Of a DNA stretch of 26,086 nt, positions 25,811 to 26,086 are shown one piece after another. Within the stretch, counting starts at the first letter, position 1; each line of letters opens with the position of its first letter. This DNA is from a virus (taxonomy: Duplodnaviria; Caudoviricetes). The DNA lies in the IMG/VR virus record IMGVR_UViG_3300021476_000025, positions 1 to 26,086 of that record; one strand, 5' to 3'. Below the pieces are notes generated by a model. The model had not been told where the DNA came from and ran no database searches. It was given only the letters and a program-made list of their open reading frames with translations. Both the position numbers and the translations under genes were made by a program.

Positions 25811-26086
25811 GAGCCTGTCCGGCATAAAGATTTTGTAAACACAGAGATGAATTTTGAGCGCATGAGATTTCCGTTTTCTCCCTGTGAACCCCACTTAAGA
25901 GTTCGTGGGAGTCTTTGTTTCTTTACTGTTGGTTCATCCGGCAGCCCAACAACGGCTCGGTGGCTTCACAAGAGACATTCCGCCGGCTCTCCAGAGTTTG
26001 AGCAAATTGTGCGTCGTACAGATCAGCGACCATTCGCCTTTGACTTTCTGCAAACCGCGCAAGAGGAATTGTGAGAACCCTCGCCA
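25811..26086 (-). mobile_element. Downstream end of an IS1182-family insertion sequence (partial)
   Basis: Abrupt GC increase; terminal GAGCCTGTCCGGCATAA flanked by CTAG (25807-25810); transposase C-terminus on the - strand. Confidence 0.8.
25934..26086 (-). CDS. IS1182-family DDE transposase, C-terminal 50 aa (partial)
   Basis: Manual translation WRGFSQFLLRGLQKVKGEWSLICTTHNLLKLWRAGGMSLVKPPSRCWAAG*, matching the RGFxxFxLRGLxKVxxEWxLxxxxHNLxK signature. Confidence 0.88.
   Translation of the reverse strand, partial: WRGFSQFLLRGLQKVKGEWSLICTTHNLLKLWRAGGMSLVKPPSRCWAAG

Noticed and set aside
25878-25911. Imperfect hairpin inside the IS end
   Set aside because: It is plausibly an ordinary IS-internal terminator-like structure, and the support is too weak to list it as a feature.
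25847-26074. 75-aa + strand ORF in the track
   Set aside because: It is antisense to the clear IS1182 transposase C-terminus, so it is a shadow ORF.
1-26086. Alternative genetic code (stop-codon reassignment)
   Set aside because: Long genes are intact under the standard code, and TAA, TAG and TGA all end genes at tight junctions. The single internal TAA is in an IS-disrupted gene.
1-26086. CRISPR array, tRNA, DGR/retron, intron or intein
   Set aside because: I saw no spaced direct repeats, cloverleaf, reverse transcriptase or splicing motifs by eye. PolA and the helicase are uninterrupted. The Cas4-like nuclease has no cas context.

Overview
AT-rich bacteriophage (or prophage) fragment with podovirus-like organisation, made of two convergent gene blocks. 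The + strand block (1-12266) is a virion/late module: small beta-rich structural proteins, a head-tail adaptor, a 1011-aa tail nozzle-like protein, three probable DNA-ejection proteins, a small membrane protein and a Zn-ribbon protein. It ends in a divergent PurD-like ATP-grasp ligase. The - strand block (12268-25810) carries replication and nucleotide genes: family A DNA polymerase, Prim-Pol/AAA_25 primase-helicase, PD-(D/E)XK and RNase H-like exonucleases, an HNH nuclease, a dNMP kinase, an NDT-like protein and a DUF6899-like protein. It also encodes a membrane-anchored trypsin-like protease, a DUF5675 protein, an AAA+ ATPase, a sigma70-region-4 regulator and candidate lysis genes. At 25811 the sequence switches to the GC-richer end of an IS1182-family element, inserted at a CTAG inside a phage gene that also has an internal stop. 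No terminase, portal, major capsid, integrase, tRNA or CRISPR array was recognised. The strongest leads are the PurD paralogue with altered substrate motifs, the NDT/DUF6899/kinase cluster, a holin plus beta-barrel spanin-like pair, a candidate pseudoknotted RNA at 461-540 and a 14-bp hairpin at the polA start. All family calls come from motif recognition by eye, not database searches.
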